NCBI GenBank assembly: GCA_033763455.1
Contig: JANRKO010000059.1
Span: forward strand, 1-64,000
From: Polyangiaceae bacterium
GTDB lineage: Bacteria > Myxococcota_A > Polyangia > Polyangiales > Polyangiaceae
DNA: 64,000 nucleotides
Reading direction: 5' to 3'
Below the pieces are notes generated by a model. The model made no database searches and was not told the origin of the DNA. It saw only the letters and a program-made list of their open reading frames with translations. The position numbers and the translations under genes were made by a program. Below are positions 18,746 through 32,561 of this stretch, piece after piece (the stretch's first letter is position 1; the number at the start of each line of letters is the position of its first letter).

Positions 18746-20314
18746 ATGCCATCCACTGACTTGAAGATAACCCAAAGTTCTGGCCCCGCAGCGGCGCGCT
18801 TGGTGATGGTGGAGGGTCCACATGTGGGGGAACGTTTCAACCTCTCGGCTAGCATCATCATTGGTCGCTCAACGCTCGCAGACATTTGCGTCGAAGACGT
18901 TGGGGTTTCTCGAAAGCACGCCCAGGTCAAAAGAACTGATGATGGTGTGTATGTTATCAGCGACTTGCAAAGCAAAAACGGCGTTTACGTCAATGAGAAG
19001 AAGGTTGAAGAACTGGCGCTAGCGCCGGGGGATAAGATCAGGCTCGGGCCACGCGCTACGTTCGTCTTTGGTTACCTGGATCCGGTTGAGGAGCAACTCC
19101 GCCAGAAGCAGAGGCTTGAAACCCTGGGTCGTGCCTTGGCTGGCATTGCGCATGATCTCAACAACGTAGTGGGCGCACTCTCCGCGAATACCGATTTTTT
19201 GGCCAGAATGAACCCGAGCGCCACCTTTGAAGGCGCCGAGGTCACAGCCGCGCTAGAAGATATGAAGCTTGCGGCGGTGCAGGCGCGCAACCTAACCCGC
19301 AGTGTCGTCAATTTTGCCCGTGGAAAGGCCGCAAGTTTTGGGCTCGTGGATATGTCGGAGCTCTGCCTTGAAACCATTCGTTTGGCCCGCCATGCACTCG
19401 GGCGTAGCGTCACCGTCGAAACGGATATTGCTCCCAAGTTGGTGGTTCGGGGTTCGCAATCAGAGCTGCAGCAAGCTCTGATGAACCTTTTGGTCAACGC
19501 GCGTGATGCCATGCCTGAGGGCGGCCACCTGAAGGTTTCGGTGAAATCACTAAAAGGCAAAGATTGCCCGAAGGTGCTCGATCTAACCGCTGGCGACAGC
19601 TACGTAGTATTGGAAGTTGCTGACAGCGGCGCCGGAGTGCCTCCTGAAATATTGCCCTATATCTTTCAGCCCTTCTTCACAACGAAGGGTCATGGCAGCG
19701 GTGCGGGCATTGGGCTCGCTACGGTCAAAGACGTGGTCGGGCTGCACAAAGGGCGGGTGGACGTGCAGAGCAAGATGGGGCTTGGCACAACGTTCCGAAT
19801 TTACGTGCCTCGACTCGAAATCGAGGCGCCTGTGCGCTCCGGCTCCACCGGAAAGATGCCCGCAGTCGCGCTGCCTGGAACGAACCCCAACCTTGGCAAG
19901 TTGATTCTAGTCGTCGACGACGATCCGCTAGTGCGGCGTGCGGTCTCTCGTGTTCTGGTGCGGGAGCAGTACGAAATTGCCGAGGCGGAGAGTGGCAAAA
20001 AAGCGATTGAGCGCTACCTCCAGTACCCGCAGCCCGTGCTCGTATTGATGGATCTCGACATGCCCGGAATGAGCGGGGAAGAAACCTATCGCGAGCTGCT
20101 CAAGATCGATCCCGGCGTGCTGGTGGTGCTGTGCTCGGGCCGTGTGGATCTGGACCCAAGCGCCCGCGCCGGGGCCATGGGGGCGGCGGCGACTCTGCAG
20201 AAGCCGTTCAGCGGGGACACACTGCGAGCGACCTTAGCGACACTGTTAGCTCAGACCTCAGCGCTCGACGACGAAGTGACCAAAGCACACGGCGATTTGA
20301 GCAAATTTCGCTAG
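18746..20314 (+). CDS. FHA-domain hybrid histidine kinase / response regulator
   Basis: FHA motifs IGRS, VSRKHA, SKNGVYVN; H-box IAHDLNN; NARDAM, DSGAG, PFFTTK, GAGIGL; receiver VVDDD...MDLDMPGMSG...KPF. Confidence 0.93.
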   Translation: MPSTDLKITQSSGPAAARLVMVEGPHVGERFNLSASIIIGRSTLADICVEDVGVSRKHAQVKRTDDGVYVISDLQSKNGVYVNEKKVEELALAPGDKIRLGPRATFVFGYLDPVEEQLRQKQRLETLGRALAGIAHDLNNVVGALSANTDFLARMNPSATFEGAEVTAALEDMKLAAVQARNLTRSVVNFARGKAASFGLVDMSELCLETIRLARHALGRSVTVETDIAPKLVVRGSQSELQQALMNLLVNARDAMPEGGHLKVSVKSLKGKDCPKVLDLTAGDSYVVLEVADSGAGVPPEILPYIFQPFFTTKGHGSGAGIGLATVKDVVGLHKGRVDVQSKMGLGTTFRIYVPRLEIEAPVRSGSTGKMPAVALPGTNPNLGKLILVVDDDPLVRRAVSRVLVREQYEIAEAESGKKAIERYLQYPQPVLVLMDLDMPGMSGEETYRELLKIDPGVLVVLCSGRVDLDPSARAGAMGAAATLQKPFSGDTLRATLATLLAQTSALDDEVTKAHGDLSKFR

Positions 20315-20362
20315 GCGCGCACGCGTGCGAGCGCCAGGGCTCCCCGGAGCTGTTTCGGTGGA

Positions 20363-20815
20363 TTACTTACCTGGTGCGGGAGCTGGTGCAGGTGCACCGG
20401 CAGCTGTCGCTTCTTTTGGTTTCGTGAAAGCGATCTTGTCGATACCGTTGCGCTTGAGTGCATCAAGCACTTTGATGACCAGGCCGTGTTTGGCTTTCGG
20501 ATCGCCACCAATCACGGCCTTCACGTCGGGGTTGCCCCTCTTCGCGTCTCTGGCGCGCTGGGCAAGTACGTCCACGTTCGGGATGGATTCGTTGTTCAAG
20601 AGCAGCGTCTGTTCCCCAGTGATCTTAACGCTGAGTAGTTCCACCGGCGGACCGCCAGAGGGCCCGCCGGCGGGCAGCTCCATCTTCAAACCCTGCGACA
20701 GCACAATCTTCGCCGTCACCATCATGATGATCAGCAACACCAGGGTCACGTCTACGAGGGGCGTCACGTTGATGCCGGCAATCATTTCGTCAGAGTCTGA
20801 ACTTGCGCGTGCCAT
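20363..20815 (-). CDS. exbD: Biopolymer transporter ExbD/TolR
   Basis: INVTPLVDVTLVLLIIMMVT signature and D....HG.VI.VLD. Confidence 0.9.
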   Translation of the reverse strand: MARASSDSDEMIAGINVTPLVDVTLVLLIIMMVTAKIVLSQGLKMELPAGGPSGGPPVELLSVKITGEQTLLLNNESIPNVDVLAQRARDAKRGNPDVKAVIGGDPKAKHGLVIKVLDALKRNGIDKIAFTKPKEATAAGAPAPAPAPGK

Positions 20816-20984
20816 GCTGGGTCCTCTGTGGATCTATCGCTTTAACCCCAAGCGTTCACCGTTCGGGGCGGGGCCGGGACCCTAGCACGCACTTTCCGGT
20901 GGCCGGAAAAGGTTCCTGCATTTGCTCGATTTTTCCCGCAATTCACCGTCTTGAAGCCCGATCCCGTGGTCAAAAGTCATCCGC

Positions 20985-22625
20985 TCAGCGGAAACGGGCC
21001 CGTTCCCGCAGCGCATGATTGAGCACCTTACTCAACTCTTCATGCACTCCATGGGTGTTTGTCGCCCCGCGGGCTCGGGGGAGGGCTGTCGCGGCGGGGA
21101 GGCGGCTGTCCGCGACGAAGAATTCGAGGGGGAGCTGACGGTTCGGGCACTTGGGGCTCGGGTCAGCCGTGGGGTTGTCCCAGTAAGAGTTCATAAGTTC
21201 GCCGGCGCAGGGGTCGGTGATGATGCCGTGGGCTTGCCCATTAAAAGTGAGGGCCCGGCCGTTCGAGAGGCTCCTGGCCGCCGATTGCGCCCATGCCGGC
21301 GGGGTCACCGGATCAAGCGCTCCGCTCAACAGCAAGATAGGAAGAGCGCTGGTTACCGCTGTGTGTTCTGCAGGTGCGGCCGCCTGCACGTTCCACGTTT
21401 TGCAGACGGAGAATAGTTCGATTGAAGAGAGCGCTTTAACAATAACGGGCGGGACCGCTCGGTTCGCCTCTTCGGTGGCCGCTGCGGATGAAAACGGAAC
21501 GTAGTCACTACACACCACCGAAAAGTACATTCCGATCGAGAAGGAACCATCCGCCACTGCACTTTGGTCGCTGAGGCTCAATTGCTCAAAGAAGCCAAAA
21601 TCACCCTCCGAAAGTTGAAAGATCAACTCGGGCATAAAGCTGACGGCGGGGGCGCTGTAACTCAGATTAAAGATGAGTGACGTTAATAAGTCACCGCTTA
21701 CCCTGAACCTGCCACCCTCTTGGTTGGTAACAAGCTTGGGCTCTGCGTTGAGGCGATTGGCAAGGTCGTAAAAGCGGGTCTCAAGGTTGGGGTAGCCGAG
21801 CGCGCAACTCGCTTGCTCGATGCAGCTCCGGAAAACGGCGTCTAGGGAGCGCTTGAAGTTCACTGGCCCGCTCGCGGCAAAGTCGACGTCAGGTGGGAGC
21901 ACAGAATCCAAGATCAAGCTTTCCACACCGCCTGGGTAGTAGCGGGCGACGTCTAGCCCCAGACGCGTCCCGTAAGAAACGCCCAGCAAGTGCCACTTTT
22001 CGTACCCCAGCGCCCTTCTTAGATCATCCACATCGGAGGCGTTTTCGTGGGAATTATAGGCGTCTAGCAAGGTCGACTGAGAGAGCTCATTCCGGCACGC
22101 GAGGAGCTGGGAGTCCGCGTCCGAAGGTGCAGCGGCGCCCGAGAGGCCCGGCATGGGTGTGGCCCCGAGGTTCGGGCAATCGAGGCGCGGTGTGGCGAAA
22201 CCTGTCCCTCGCTGATCGAACACCACGAGGTCACGTTGCTTGATGAGTGGCCTGAAGAAATCATCGAAGCTACTTACAACGTTGGCGATAGCATGGCCCC
22301 CAGGGCCACCTTCCAGATACACGACCGGTGGCAGCTCTCTTGCACCGGGCGAAGGGCTGCGAAAGACTACAACGGGGAGGCTGAGCTGGCGCCACATGGG
22401 ATTGGCGTGCGACTCGGGAACCTGGAGCTGACCACATTCGGCAACGACATCGGGCATCGGCAATGGGCAATCCGACCCCACCAAGCGCCCATCCGCGCTG
22501 TTAGGCAACGGATTCTGTACGCCCACAACCCACGGCGGCGGTTTAGGATCCTCACTGCTGCAACCCGCCTCGATCAGCGCGACTCCAAGTGCTGATACCA
22601 GTGCAAGTGCGTTAAAGAATCTCAT
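20985..22625 (-). CDS. Alpha/beta hydrolase lipoprotein (TAP-like peptidase)
   Basis: Lipobox EAGC, GGPGG, DQRGTG, nucleophile GVSYG, DPVTP, catalytic His in QAHG. Start placed at MRFFNAL (ORF track 22688). Confidence 0.85.
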   Translation of the reverse strand: MRFFNALALVSALGVALIEAGCSSEDPKPPPWVVGVQNPLPNSADGRLVGSDCPLPMPDVVAECGQLQVPESHANPMWRQLSLPVVVFRSPSPGARELPPVVYLEGGPGGHAIANVVSSFDDFFRPLIKQRDLVVFDQRGTGFATPRLDCPNLGATPMPGLSGAAAPSDADSQLLACRNELSQSTLLDAYNSHENASDVDDLRRALGYEKWHLLGVSYGTRLGLDVARYYPGGVESLILDSVLPPDVDFAASGPVNFKRSLDAVFRSCIEQASCALGYPNLETRFYDLANRLNAEPKLVTNQEGGRFRVSGDLLTSLIFNLSYSAPAVSFMPELIFQLSEGDFGFFEQLSLSDQSAVADGSFSIGMYFSVVCSDYVPFSSAAATEEANRAVPPVIVKALSSIELFSVCKTWNVQAAAPAEHTAVTSALPILLLSGALDPVTPPAWAQSAARSLSNGRALTFNGQAHGIITDPCAGELMNSYWDNPTADPSPKCPNRQLPLEFFVADSRLPAATALPRARGATNTHGVHEELSKVLNHALRERARFR

Positions 22626-22826
22626 CCAGATTGCCTTTCGGAGGGTTACTGGTTCGAGCACCCCCCGAACCTCACCTATGCCTATCACCGCGTCTCAGAG
22701 CAGGCCACAGCTTGCCGGAACGCGAGCCGGCGTGCACCCCTTGGTCCGGATCTACGGCGAGATTCGGCGAAATTTCGCAGCTACCCTGGGCCTTTGAGCC
22801 CCCTTTGCTAGGGTACCCGCCGGGCC

Positions 22827-26563
<3,737 letters not shown>

Positions 26564-26833
26564 TGCCCCGCGGGATCCCTGGAGCCGCGTTGCTTGTCGC
26601 CCAGCGTCTCGAATTGAGCCGCCAGTTCCGGCAAAGCTTGCGACCAGGTTCGGGTCGGAGTAACAGCCCAAAGCTAGGCTATTTTATTAATTTCGGCTTC
26701 TCGATCTTCCGCTCTGACGGCCGGCCGATGCCATGCTACCTTTAGAGACTTAGTGGCACAGCACCTCCCTGCCACGCACGCTAGCAACCTGAGCGCACTC
26801 AACCACAGATTCAGCCACCGGGGTTAACCACGA

Positions 26834-27961
26834 ATGTCTATAGACTCGACGCCCGCCGTAACAAGTCCACCCAATGGCCCTGCCAGCCAGAACAACAGCC
26901 TGCCGCGAGCACCGATGAATCCAGCACCGAAGCAAACGCCGCGTGAACCCAGAAGCCTCCTCTTCTATCTCTTATATGCCGCCGGCATGCACGCACTGGT
27001 CTTGGTTTTAGCGGGCTTCATCAAACATCAGCCACCGCCCCCACCTCCGCCGGACGAAACGCTGATAGAGTTTGTTCAGCCTGAGGCACCCGAACCGGAG
27101 AAGCCGCAGCCGATCAAGGAGGAGCCAAAACCCGAGCCGACAGAGGCACCGGCCCCTGCTCCGAGGCGTGTGGAGAAGTTTGTTCCTCGCGCTGTAGAGC
27201 CGCCTCCCCAGGCCGTTCAGGAGCAAACAATCGCGGACGAGCTTGCGACGGTCGACAATCCCAATTCACCCGAGAAGAGCTGGGTGCCCCCGACGCGCAC
27301 GACTGAACCTCCCAAGGAGGATGTCCCGGTCGTTCCGCAGAAGACGCTTTCTTCAGCGTTTGCAGGTGCCATCAAAGGTAGGCAGGGCGGCTTCGGCCGT
27401 TCTACAGGGTCTGCCGTGGGCACGGGTGACGGCCCGGCGGGCCTCGGTAGCCTCGGCAAAGGCAAGAGCAGCCTACCGATGGTCTCGGGCGTGGGCGTAT
27501 TCGGTAGCGGCAAGAAGGGTGCTCTCAAGGGATCTCTTTGCTTTATTCCGCAAGACACCCGCAGCCTCACGCAGGTCACGCGCTGTACGGCTGTTGGCAT
27601 CATGTACACCAATGCGCTCAACATTTCGAAGCGCAGGTTCACCAGTGGGTTCCCCGGTGTGGACGAGCGTTTTGAGTGGTTTGCCCTCGACTATGTCGGG
27701 AAGTTCACCGTGAAAACTGCCGGGAATTATACGTTTCGAATCGCTTCCGACGACGGCTCTTTAGTTTGGGTGAATGGCAAATTGCTCATCAACAACGATG
27801 GCTTGCACCCTCTGAAAAGCAAGGCGAACGCCATTGAGCTTGAAGCGGGTAGCCACAAGATTCGGGTACTTTACTACCAGGGGCCTCGTGTTGATATCGC
27901 ACTCCAGCTCTTTGTGACGCCACCAGGCGAGCAGGAGCGGCTCTGGGGTCCAGAGCTCTAA
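26834..27961 (+). CDS. Membrane-anchored Pro-rich protein with C-terminal PA14 domain
   Basis: Single TM with His, Pro/Glu/Lys-rich linker, PA14 motifs F...SDDGS...NDGLH...YYQG. Confidence 0.8.
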   Translation: MSIDSTPAVTSPPNGPASQNNSLPRAPMNPAPKQTPREPRSLLFYLLYAAGMHALVLVLAGFIKHQPPPPPPPDETLIEFVQPEAPEPEKPQPIKEEPKPEPTEAPAPAPRRVEKFVPRAVEPPPQAVQEQTIADELATVDNPNSPEKSWVPPTRTTEPPKEDVPVVPQKTLSSAFAGAIKGRQGGFGRSTGSAVGTGDGPAGLGSLGKGKSSLPMVSGVGVFGSGKKGALKGSLCFIPQDTRSLTQVTRCTAVGIMYTNALNISKRRFTSGFPGVDERFEWFALDYVGKFTVKTAGNYTFRIASDDGSLVWVNGKLLINNDGLHPLKSKANAIELEAGSHKIRVLYYQGPRVDIALQLFVTPPGEQERLWGPEL

Positions 27962-27984
27962 GCTTCACTGAGCCAGAGCGAAGA

Positions 27985-28019
27985 GCGCCCGGGACTTAAG
28001 TGTCTCGGGCGTTTTTTTT
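27985..28019 (+). terminator. Rho-independent terminator
   Basis: Stem GCGCCCGGGAC / GTCTCGGGCGT with TTAAGT loop and a T-run, ~25 bp after the stop at 27961. Confidence 0.8.
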
Positions 28020-28193
28020 GCAGGCGGCTGAGGCCTTCGGGTACCGAGGGTTTGTCCTCGATCTTTGAGGAGAAGCGGTTTCATGTTCTCGCTTCTTCTG
28101 ACTGCATGTTATTCTCTGAAAATCGGCGGCTCGAGTGCGAGATTCGCCTGTTTTTGCACATTTGTCCCCCAAACCAAACGGGAGTTCAGAGGC

Positions 28194-29312
28194 ATGTCGC
28201 GAGACCAAAAGCCTGTGGGTGTTCTGTATTCTAACGGCTCCAGCAGAGAACGGCGTGGGATCCTTTATTACCTATCGTATGCAGCCGGGTTACACGCTCT
28301 CTTCTTCGGCTTAACGGCGATGGCGCGCAAAGAGCCGCCGGAAGTCAGGCCTTCATCGCTTACTGTCCTCACGGTAGAGCAGCCAGTGCTGATGGAGCCG
28401 CCTCCACTCGAAGTGCAGCCAGCGCTGGCGGAGCCGCCGCCAGTTGAAGAGAAGCCGGTGGTAGAGGAGCCGGTGAAGGCAAACACTCGCGAGTCGCCGC
28501 TCCCTAGCCCGAGCAGCGCGGACCAACGGGTGGCAGGGGAATCGATGGTCTCCAAGTTACCTTCGGCTTCTCTGCCCACCGATGAAGCACAGGGGATTGA
28601 GAAAGAGCTCGATGAACTTGGTAGCTCAACAAGCGTGCGCCCACCGCGTGACCCTCAACGGAGCGTGAACCAGCCGGATGAGGCAGCGGGCACTTCGCCA
28701 ACGCCGCGGCTCCCCGAAGCCTTTCGTCCGCGGCCGCGCGGAAATCTCGATACCCGAGATGGTTCAGAAATAGGCGAAAATGGCCCGAGAGGGGTTGCCC
28801 GGTGGGGCAAGCGCCCGTCTGGCCCACCCCACATTTCAGGGCGAACTATTTGGGGCGAAGCTGGCAAACAGGCGCTCAAGGGAACGCTCTGTTTCCTATC
28901 TCCAGGAACACGCAGCTTAGTAGCCGTAAAGCGCTGCGTTGCGGCGGGCACCTTCTATACCAACTCGCTCAATATTCCCAAGCGGCCGTTCACTCAGGGT
29001 TTCCCGGGGATTAGTGACCGCTTTGAGTGGTTCGCCATCGACTATAACGGAAAGTTTACCGTGAGGCAGTCTGGCAAATACGTGTTCCGCGTGGCGTCAG
29101 ACGACGGCTCTATGGTGTGGGTGGATGATGGTTTGCTCCTGAACAACGATGGCTTGCATCCGGTGCAAAGTAGAGCCAATGCTATTTTTCTCTCGGAGGG
29201 CAGTCACAGGTTGCGGCTGCTTTATTACCAAGGCCCACGCGTCGACGTTGCGCTGCAGTTGTTTGTCACCCCGCCGGGTGGCACGGAGCGGTTGTGGGGG
29301 CCAGAGCTTTAG
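28194..29312 (+). CDS. Second PA14-domain paralogue
   Basis: Same architecture as 26834..27961 and the same C-terminus (ERLWGPEL). Start placed at ATG 28194. Confidence 0.8.
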   Translation: MSRDQKPVGVLYSNGSSRERRGILYYLSYAAGLHALFFGLTAMARKEPPEVRPSSLTVLTVEQPVLMEPPPLEVQPALAEPPPVEEKPVVEEPVKANTRESPLPSPSSADQRVAGESMVSKLPSASLPTDEAQGIEKELDELGSSTSVRPPRDPQRSVNQPDEAAGTSPTPRLPEAFRPRPRGNLDTRDGSEIGENGPRGVARWGKRPSGPPHISGRTIWGEAGKQALKGTLCFLSPGTRSLVAVKRCVAAGTFYTNSLNIPKRPFTQGFPGISDRFEWFAIDYNGKFTVRQSGKYVFRVASDDGSMVWVDDGLLLNNDGLHPVQSRANAIFLSEGSHRLRLLYYQGPRVDVALQLFVTPPGGTERLWGPEL

Positions 29313-30076
29313 AGCCGCTTTCGAAGCGCAGCCCAACGAAGCTTCCACACCACGAGCACGGCTTCGGCGAAAATACGCCGATTCATCTTCGAACGGCCGA
29401 GCTCGCGATCCACAAATACAATCGGTACCTCGACGACTTTCAGCCCCTTGTTGAGTGCCCGAAAGGTCATTTCGATCTGGAATGAGTAACCGTTGGAGTC
29501 CACGCGAGAAAGATCGATGGCCTCGAGCGCTTGGCGAGTGAAGCCCTTGTAGCCGGTCGTAAGGTCTCGAACCTCTACACCCAGGATCGTCCGCGAATAG
29601 AGGGAGCCACCTTTTGAAAGGATGTGGCGGTCGAGGCCCCACCCCTCAATGCCACCGCCAGCAATGTTGCGCGACCCCACGATCACGTCGGCACCGGCTT
29701 TGAACGCTGCAAAAAAGTCAGGGAGGTATTGGGGGTTATGCGAGTGGTCGGCGTCCATCTCGATGAAGTAGTCGTAGCCTTGGCGTAGGGCCTGCTTGAA
29801 GGCGCTCACATAAGCTGTGCCGAGCCCAAGCTTTTTTGATCGGTGCATGACTCGTACCCGCGGATCTCGCCGGGCCAATTCATCGGCCAGATCACCTGTG
29901 CCGTCGGGTGAGTTGTCGTCGACGATCAAAAGGTGCGCGCCAGGCGCCCATAGGAATACGCTGCTCGCGAAGGCTTCGATGTTGTCACGCTCGTTGTAAG
30001 TAGGCGTAACGATGAGTGTGCGTTCGCCGGGGACGGCGCCCGCGGCTGCGGATGTGGAGTTGGAGGAGGCGGACAT
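29309..30076 (-). CDS. Polyprenol monophosphomannose synthase (GT2, Dpm1-like)
   Basis: PTYNERDNI, VDDNSPDGTG, EMDADHSH, DLTTGYK, GYSFQIE. Confidence 0.92.
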   Translation of the reverse strand: MSASSNSTSAAAGAVPGERTLIVTPTYNERDNIEAFASSVFLWAPGAHLLIVDDNSPDGTGDLADELARRDPRVRVMHRSKKLGLGTAYVSAFKQALRQGYDYFIEMDADHSHNPQYLPDFFAAFKAGADVIVGSRNIAGGGIEGWGLDRHILSKGGSLYSRTILGVEVRDLTTGYKGFTRQALEAIDLSRVDSNGYSFQIEMTFRALNKGLKVVEVPIVFVDRELGRSKMNRRIFAEAVLVVWKLRWAALRKRL

Positions 30077-30103
30077 GGGCCGGAGGGGAGCGTGGCGCGC
30101 CTT

Positions 30104-30925
30104 TTAGCGAGAGATCCGTGTCGCTTGGAAGTCAAACTCGACCAGGGCCTCGGGACTGAGCGTTTTCCCCAATTCTTTGGCCTTTTCGCTCACAACGACA
30201 TCGTTGTCCGTGCGTGGGAGTACGGAGTGCGCCAAAAGCGAAACGACGATCGGAGAGCGACTCTTGACGCGAATGCTCTCCGGAAAGGACGTTGCGCTTA
30301 CGGCTCCCACATAGACAAACTCCAGAGTAATCGGGGCCGACTGCCGGACGCGGAAACCGTGTAACAAGAGTTCGCCTAGTGCTACGGCCTGCACGCGGTG
30401 AACCTCGGTTATCGTGTCCTTTTGAGACCCACCAACTTTAGGTGCATACAGGGGGGCCGGTGCGCTGAGCTCAGTTAGCGAGGAAAGCGTGAAGGTTGCC
30501 CAGCGGCGAGCGTTGCGGTCAGCCGTGGGTACGGCTTTGCCAAGGCCAAACCACGCCAACGCTTCGGCTGAATACGGAAACTCTTCGCTTCCCTCGAGTG
30601 CGTCAATCGGCCCAACCTGCACGCTTGAAACATCTAGGTCCAAGCTTGCCCTGGAGCGCGACAGATCCTTTGCATCCAGCGTGATTTGGCCGCGTACGTC
30701 CGTGAAACGACCTTTAAGCGGGAGACCCTTGGTCTTTAGGTGAAAGGTGGCAACACCGTCGGCTTTAAAAGCGTAGAGCCCGAGCCCCAGGCTGGAGCGA
30801 CTCGCTGCGACCGGCCCGACCTCAGGCTCACCTGGTTCGTGGCGTTTGGAACAGGCCAGTTGCCCCAGGCTCGCGCTGATAAACAAAATTCCTATAAGAA
30901 CTCGCCACGACGACTTCACGCCCAC
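30104..30925 (-). CDS. YceI-like lipoprotein
   Basis: Lipobox LAC, then GRF..V.G....D..DL......lD..SV and G.L.LHG pattern. Start placed at GTG ~30925. Confidence 0.6.
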   Translation of the reverse strand: MGVKSSWRVLIGILFISASLGQLACSKRHEPGEPEVGPVAASRSSLGLGLYAFKADGVATFHLKTKGLPLKGRFTDVRGQITLDAKDLSRSRASLDLDVSSVQVGPIDALEGSEEFPYSAEALAWFGLGKAVPTADRNARRWATFTLSSLTELSAPAPLYAPKVGGSQKDTITEVHRVQAVALGELLLHGFRVRQSAPITLEFVYVGAVSATSFPESIRVKSRSPIVVSLLAHSVLPRTDNDVVVSEKAKELGKTLSPEALVEFDFQATRISR

Positions 30926-30951
30926 TTTATCTGGTGCGGCAAAGGGCTGGG

Positions 30952-32424
30952 TCAATGCCAGAATCCGATCCCAATGCTCGAGGCGAAGTAATCCCTGGCA
31001 ATATCGCCCACAAATCCAATCCGCCAAAAAGCTGGGTCGTCTAATACCCCAAACAGTGACCAGTTGAGCACGTTGAAGTCGGCGCCCAGGGTGCCGTGAA
31101 TACGCATGCTCTCAGGGTTGGTTCGGAAGCGAGTCGGCTCAATATAGCTGCCCACGCGGACTTTGATGTGATACGGCCAAGGTTCGCTTTCGACTCCTAT
31201 CCGTGGGGAGAAGATCGTCGCTTGCCCGGAGCGATTCACCGTGCGGCTCAGGAATGCCTCAACGCCTACGGCGTCGGCGGAGGCGCCGGAAATCTGAAGC
31301 GCTGCGCTCACCAAGACATAGTCGCGTGGGAGCCGGCGAAAACGGGCTCGTAACATCTTCGAGAACGCACGCCGAGCTTGTTCCAGTTGTGATTTCTCAA
31401 TCGAGGCCAGAAGTGCTCGATCGGCGGCGGTGGTGCCACGAGGGCGATTCAAATCGCCTGCGGTGGTCGGTTTATTCGCGGCCAACTCGCGCTTGCGACG
31501 ACGTTCAAGTCCGAGTGCCACCGAATGTACTAGTTCTTGTGGGTCGTACCAGCGCGGGTTGAGCGGGCGGCCTCCGAACTGATAGGCCGCGCCCAAGTTC
31601 AACGTCCAAGGTAAGCTCACGCGGCTGGGTAGGTACATCGGATCGGTCTCCGCGTAGAGCACTTGTTGGTTCTTGCCTTCGGTTGTTTCCGAGGTAACGG
31701 CGCCTTGAAAGGCGGCGCCAAGTCTGAAACTTTCAGCGGTTGGGCTTAGAATTACACCTACCTCTGGAGCGTTCCCTGCCGTCGCGAAGAGTGTCTGATT
31801 GCTGCCTGCGGTGACTACGTTTTGGTTTACGACACTGAGGCCCGTGCCACGTATGCCGACACCGAACATCAGCTGGTGATTCAAGGCGGCATAGGCCAGA
31901 TCCAGATGGTAAAAGGAGATGCGTGCGCGTAGGCCGTCAGCTCCTGTAGTAACGGCTGTGGGTTCACGGTTCACCGAGTACTGCTGGAGGCCGGTGGCAG
32001 CCCCGAGCCCCCACGGGCCGATCTGGAGTGCGCCCGCGATGTCTACGAACACGAAGTCGCCCTCACGTGTTGGGGGAAGCTGTGTCTTGCCTTTGCCTGT
32101 GTTGAAAAAGTCCGAGTTTGCAATCGTGGAGGGAAAGGTGATGCCCGCGGAGAGATCCCAATCCACTCGGTCGAAAGACCAAACGGGGCGCGCTGCCGGT
32201 GCTGCCGGATTCTGGCCGATGCCGTCCACGCCCTGCGCCAACGCAGTGTAGGCCCCGCCCAAGCCCATGGCCCGGCTACTTTCGACAACTGGACCTTGAA
32301 ACAGATCGACCGCGTAGCTGTTTGTCTCGATCCGTTCACCATTGCCGGGCAACGCGGCTCGCACGGTTCGGGGGGCTGCGATCAAACTTGCGCTGAGGGC
32401 CAAATATAAAAGTGGGTGACGCAC
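30952..32424 (-). CDS. Putative outer-membrane beta-barrel protein (FadL-like N-terminus)
   Basis: Signal peptide, [13 protein letters not shown]...NPA hatch-like motif, alternating beta strands, aromatic C-terminus (GFWH). Confidence 0.6.
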   Translation of the reverse strand: MRHPLLYLALSASLIAAPRTVRAALPGNGERIETNSYAVDLFQGPVVESSRAMGLGGAYTALAQGVDGIGQNPAAPAARPVWSFDRVDWDLSAGITFPSTIANSDFFNTGKGKTQLPPTREGDFVFVDIAGALQIGPWGLGAATGLQQYSVNREPTAVTTGADGLRARISFYHLDLAYAALNHQLMFGVGIRGTGLSVVNQNVVTAGSNQTLFATAGNAPEVGVILSPTAESFRLGAAFQGAVTSETTEGKNQQVLYAETDPMYLPSRVSLPWTLNLGAAYQFGGRPLNPRWYDPQELVHSVALGLERRRKRELAANKPTTAGDLNRPRGTTAADRALLASIEKSQLEQARRAFSKMLRARFRRLPRDYVLVSAALQISGASADAVGVEAFLSRTVNRSGQATIFSPRIGVESEPWPYHIKVRVGSYIEPTRFRTNPESMRIHGTLGADFNVLNWSLFGVLDDPAFWRIGFVGDIARDYFASSIGIGFWH

Positions 32425-32561
32425 ACCGTCCTCAAAGCTGTTCCGCGCTATCGAGCCTAGGCGTCGATCTGGCAAGCGAGAGTGGGGTCATGGGTGCAAA
32501 CCGGCCCCCTCTACCACGGGAGGGCCTCGACGGCGTCGTTCTGCGCGATATAGTCGGTGCC

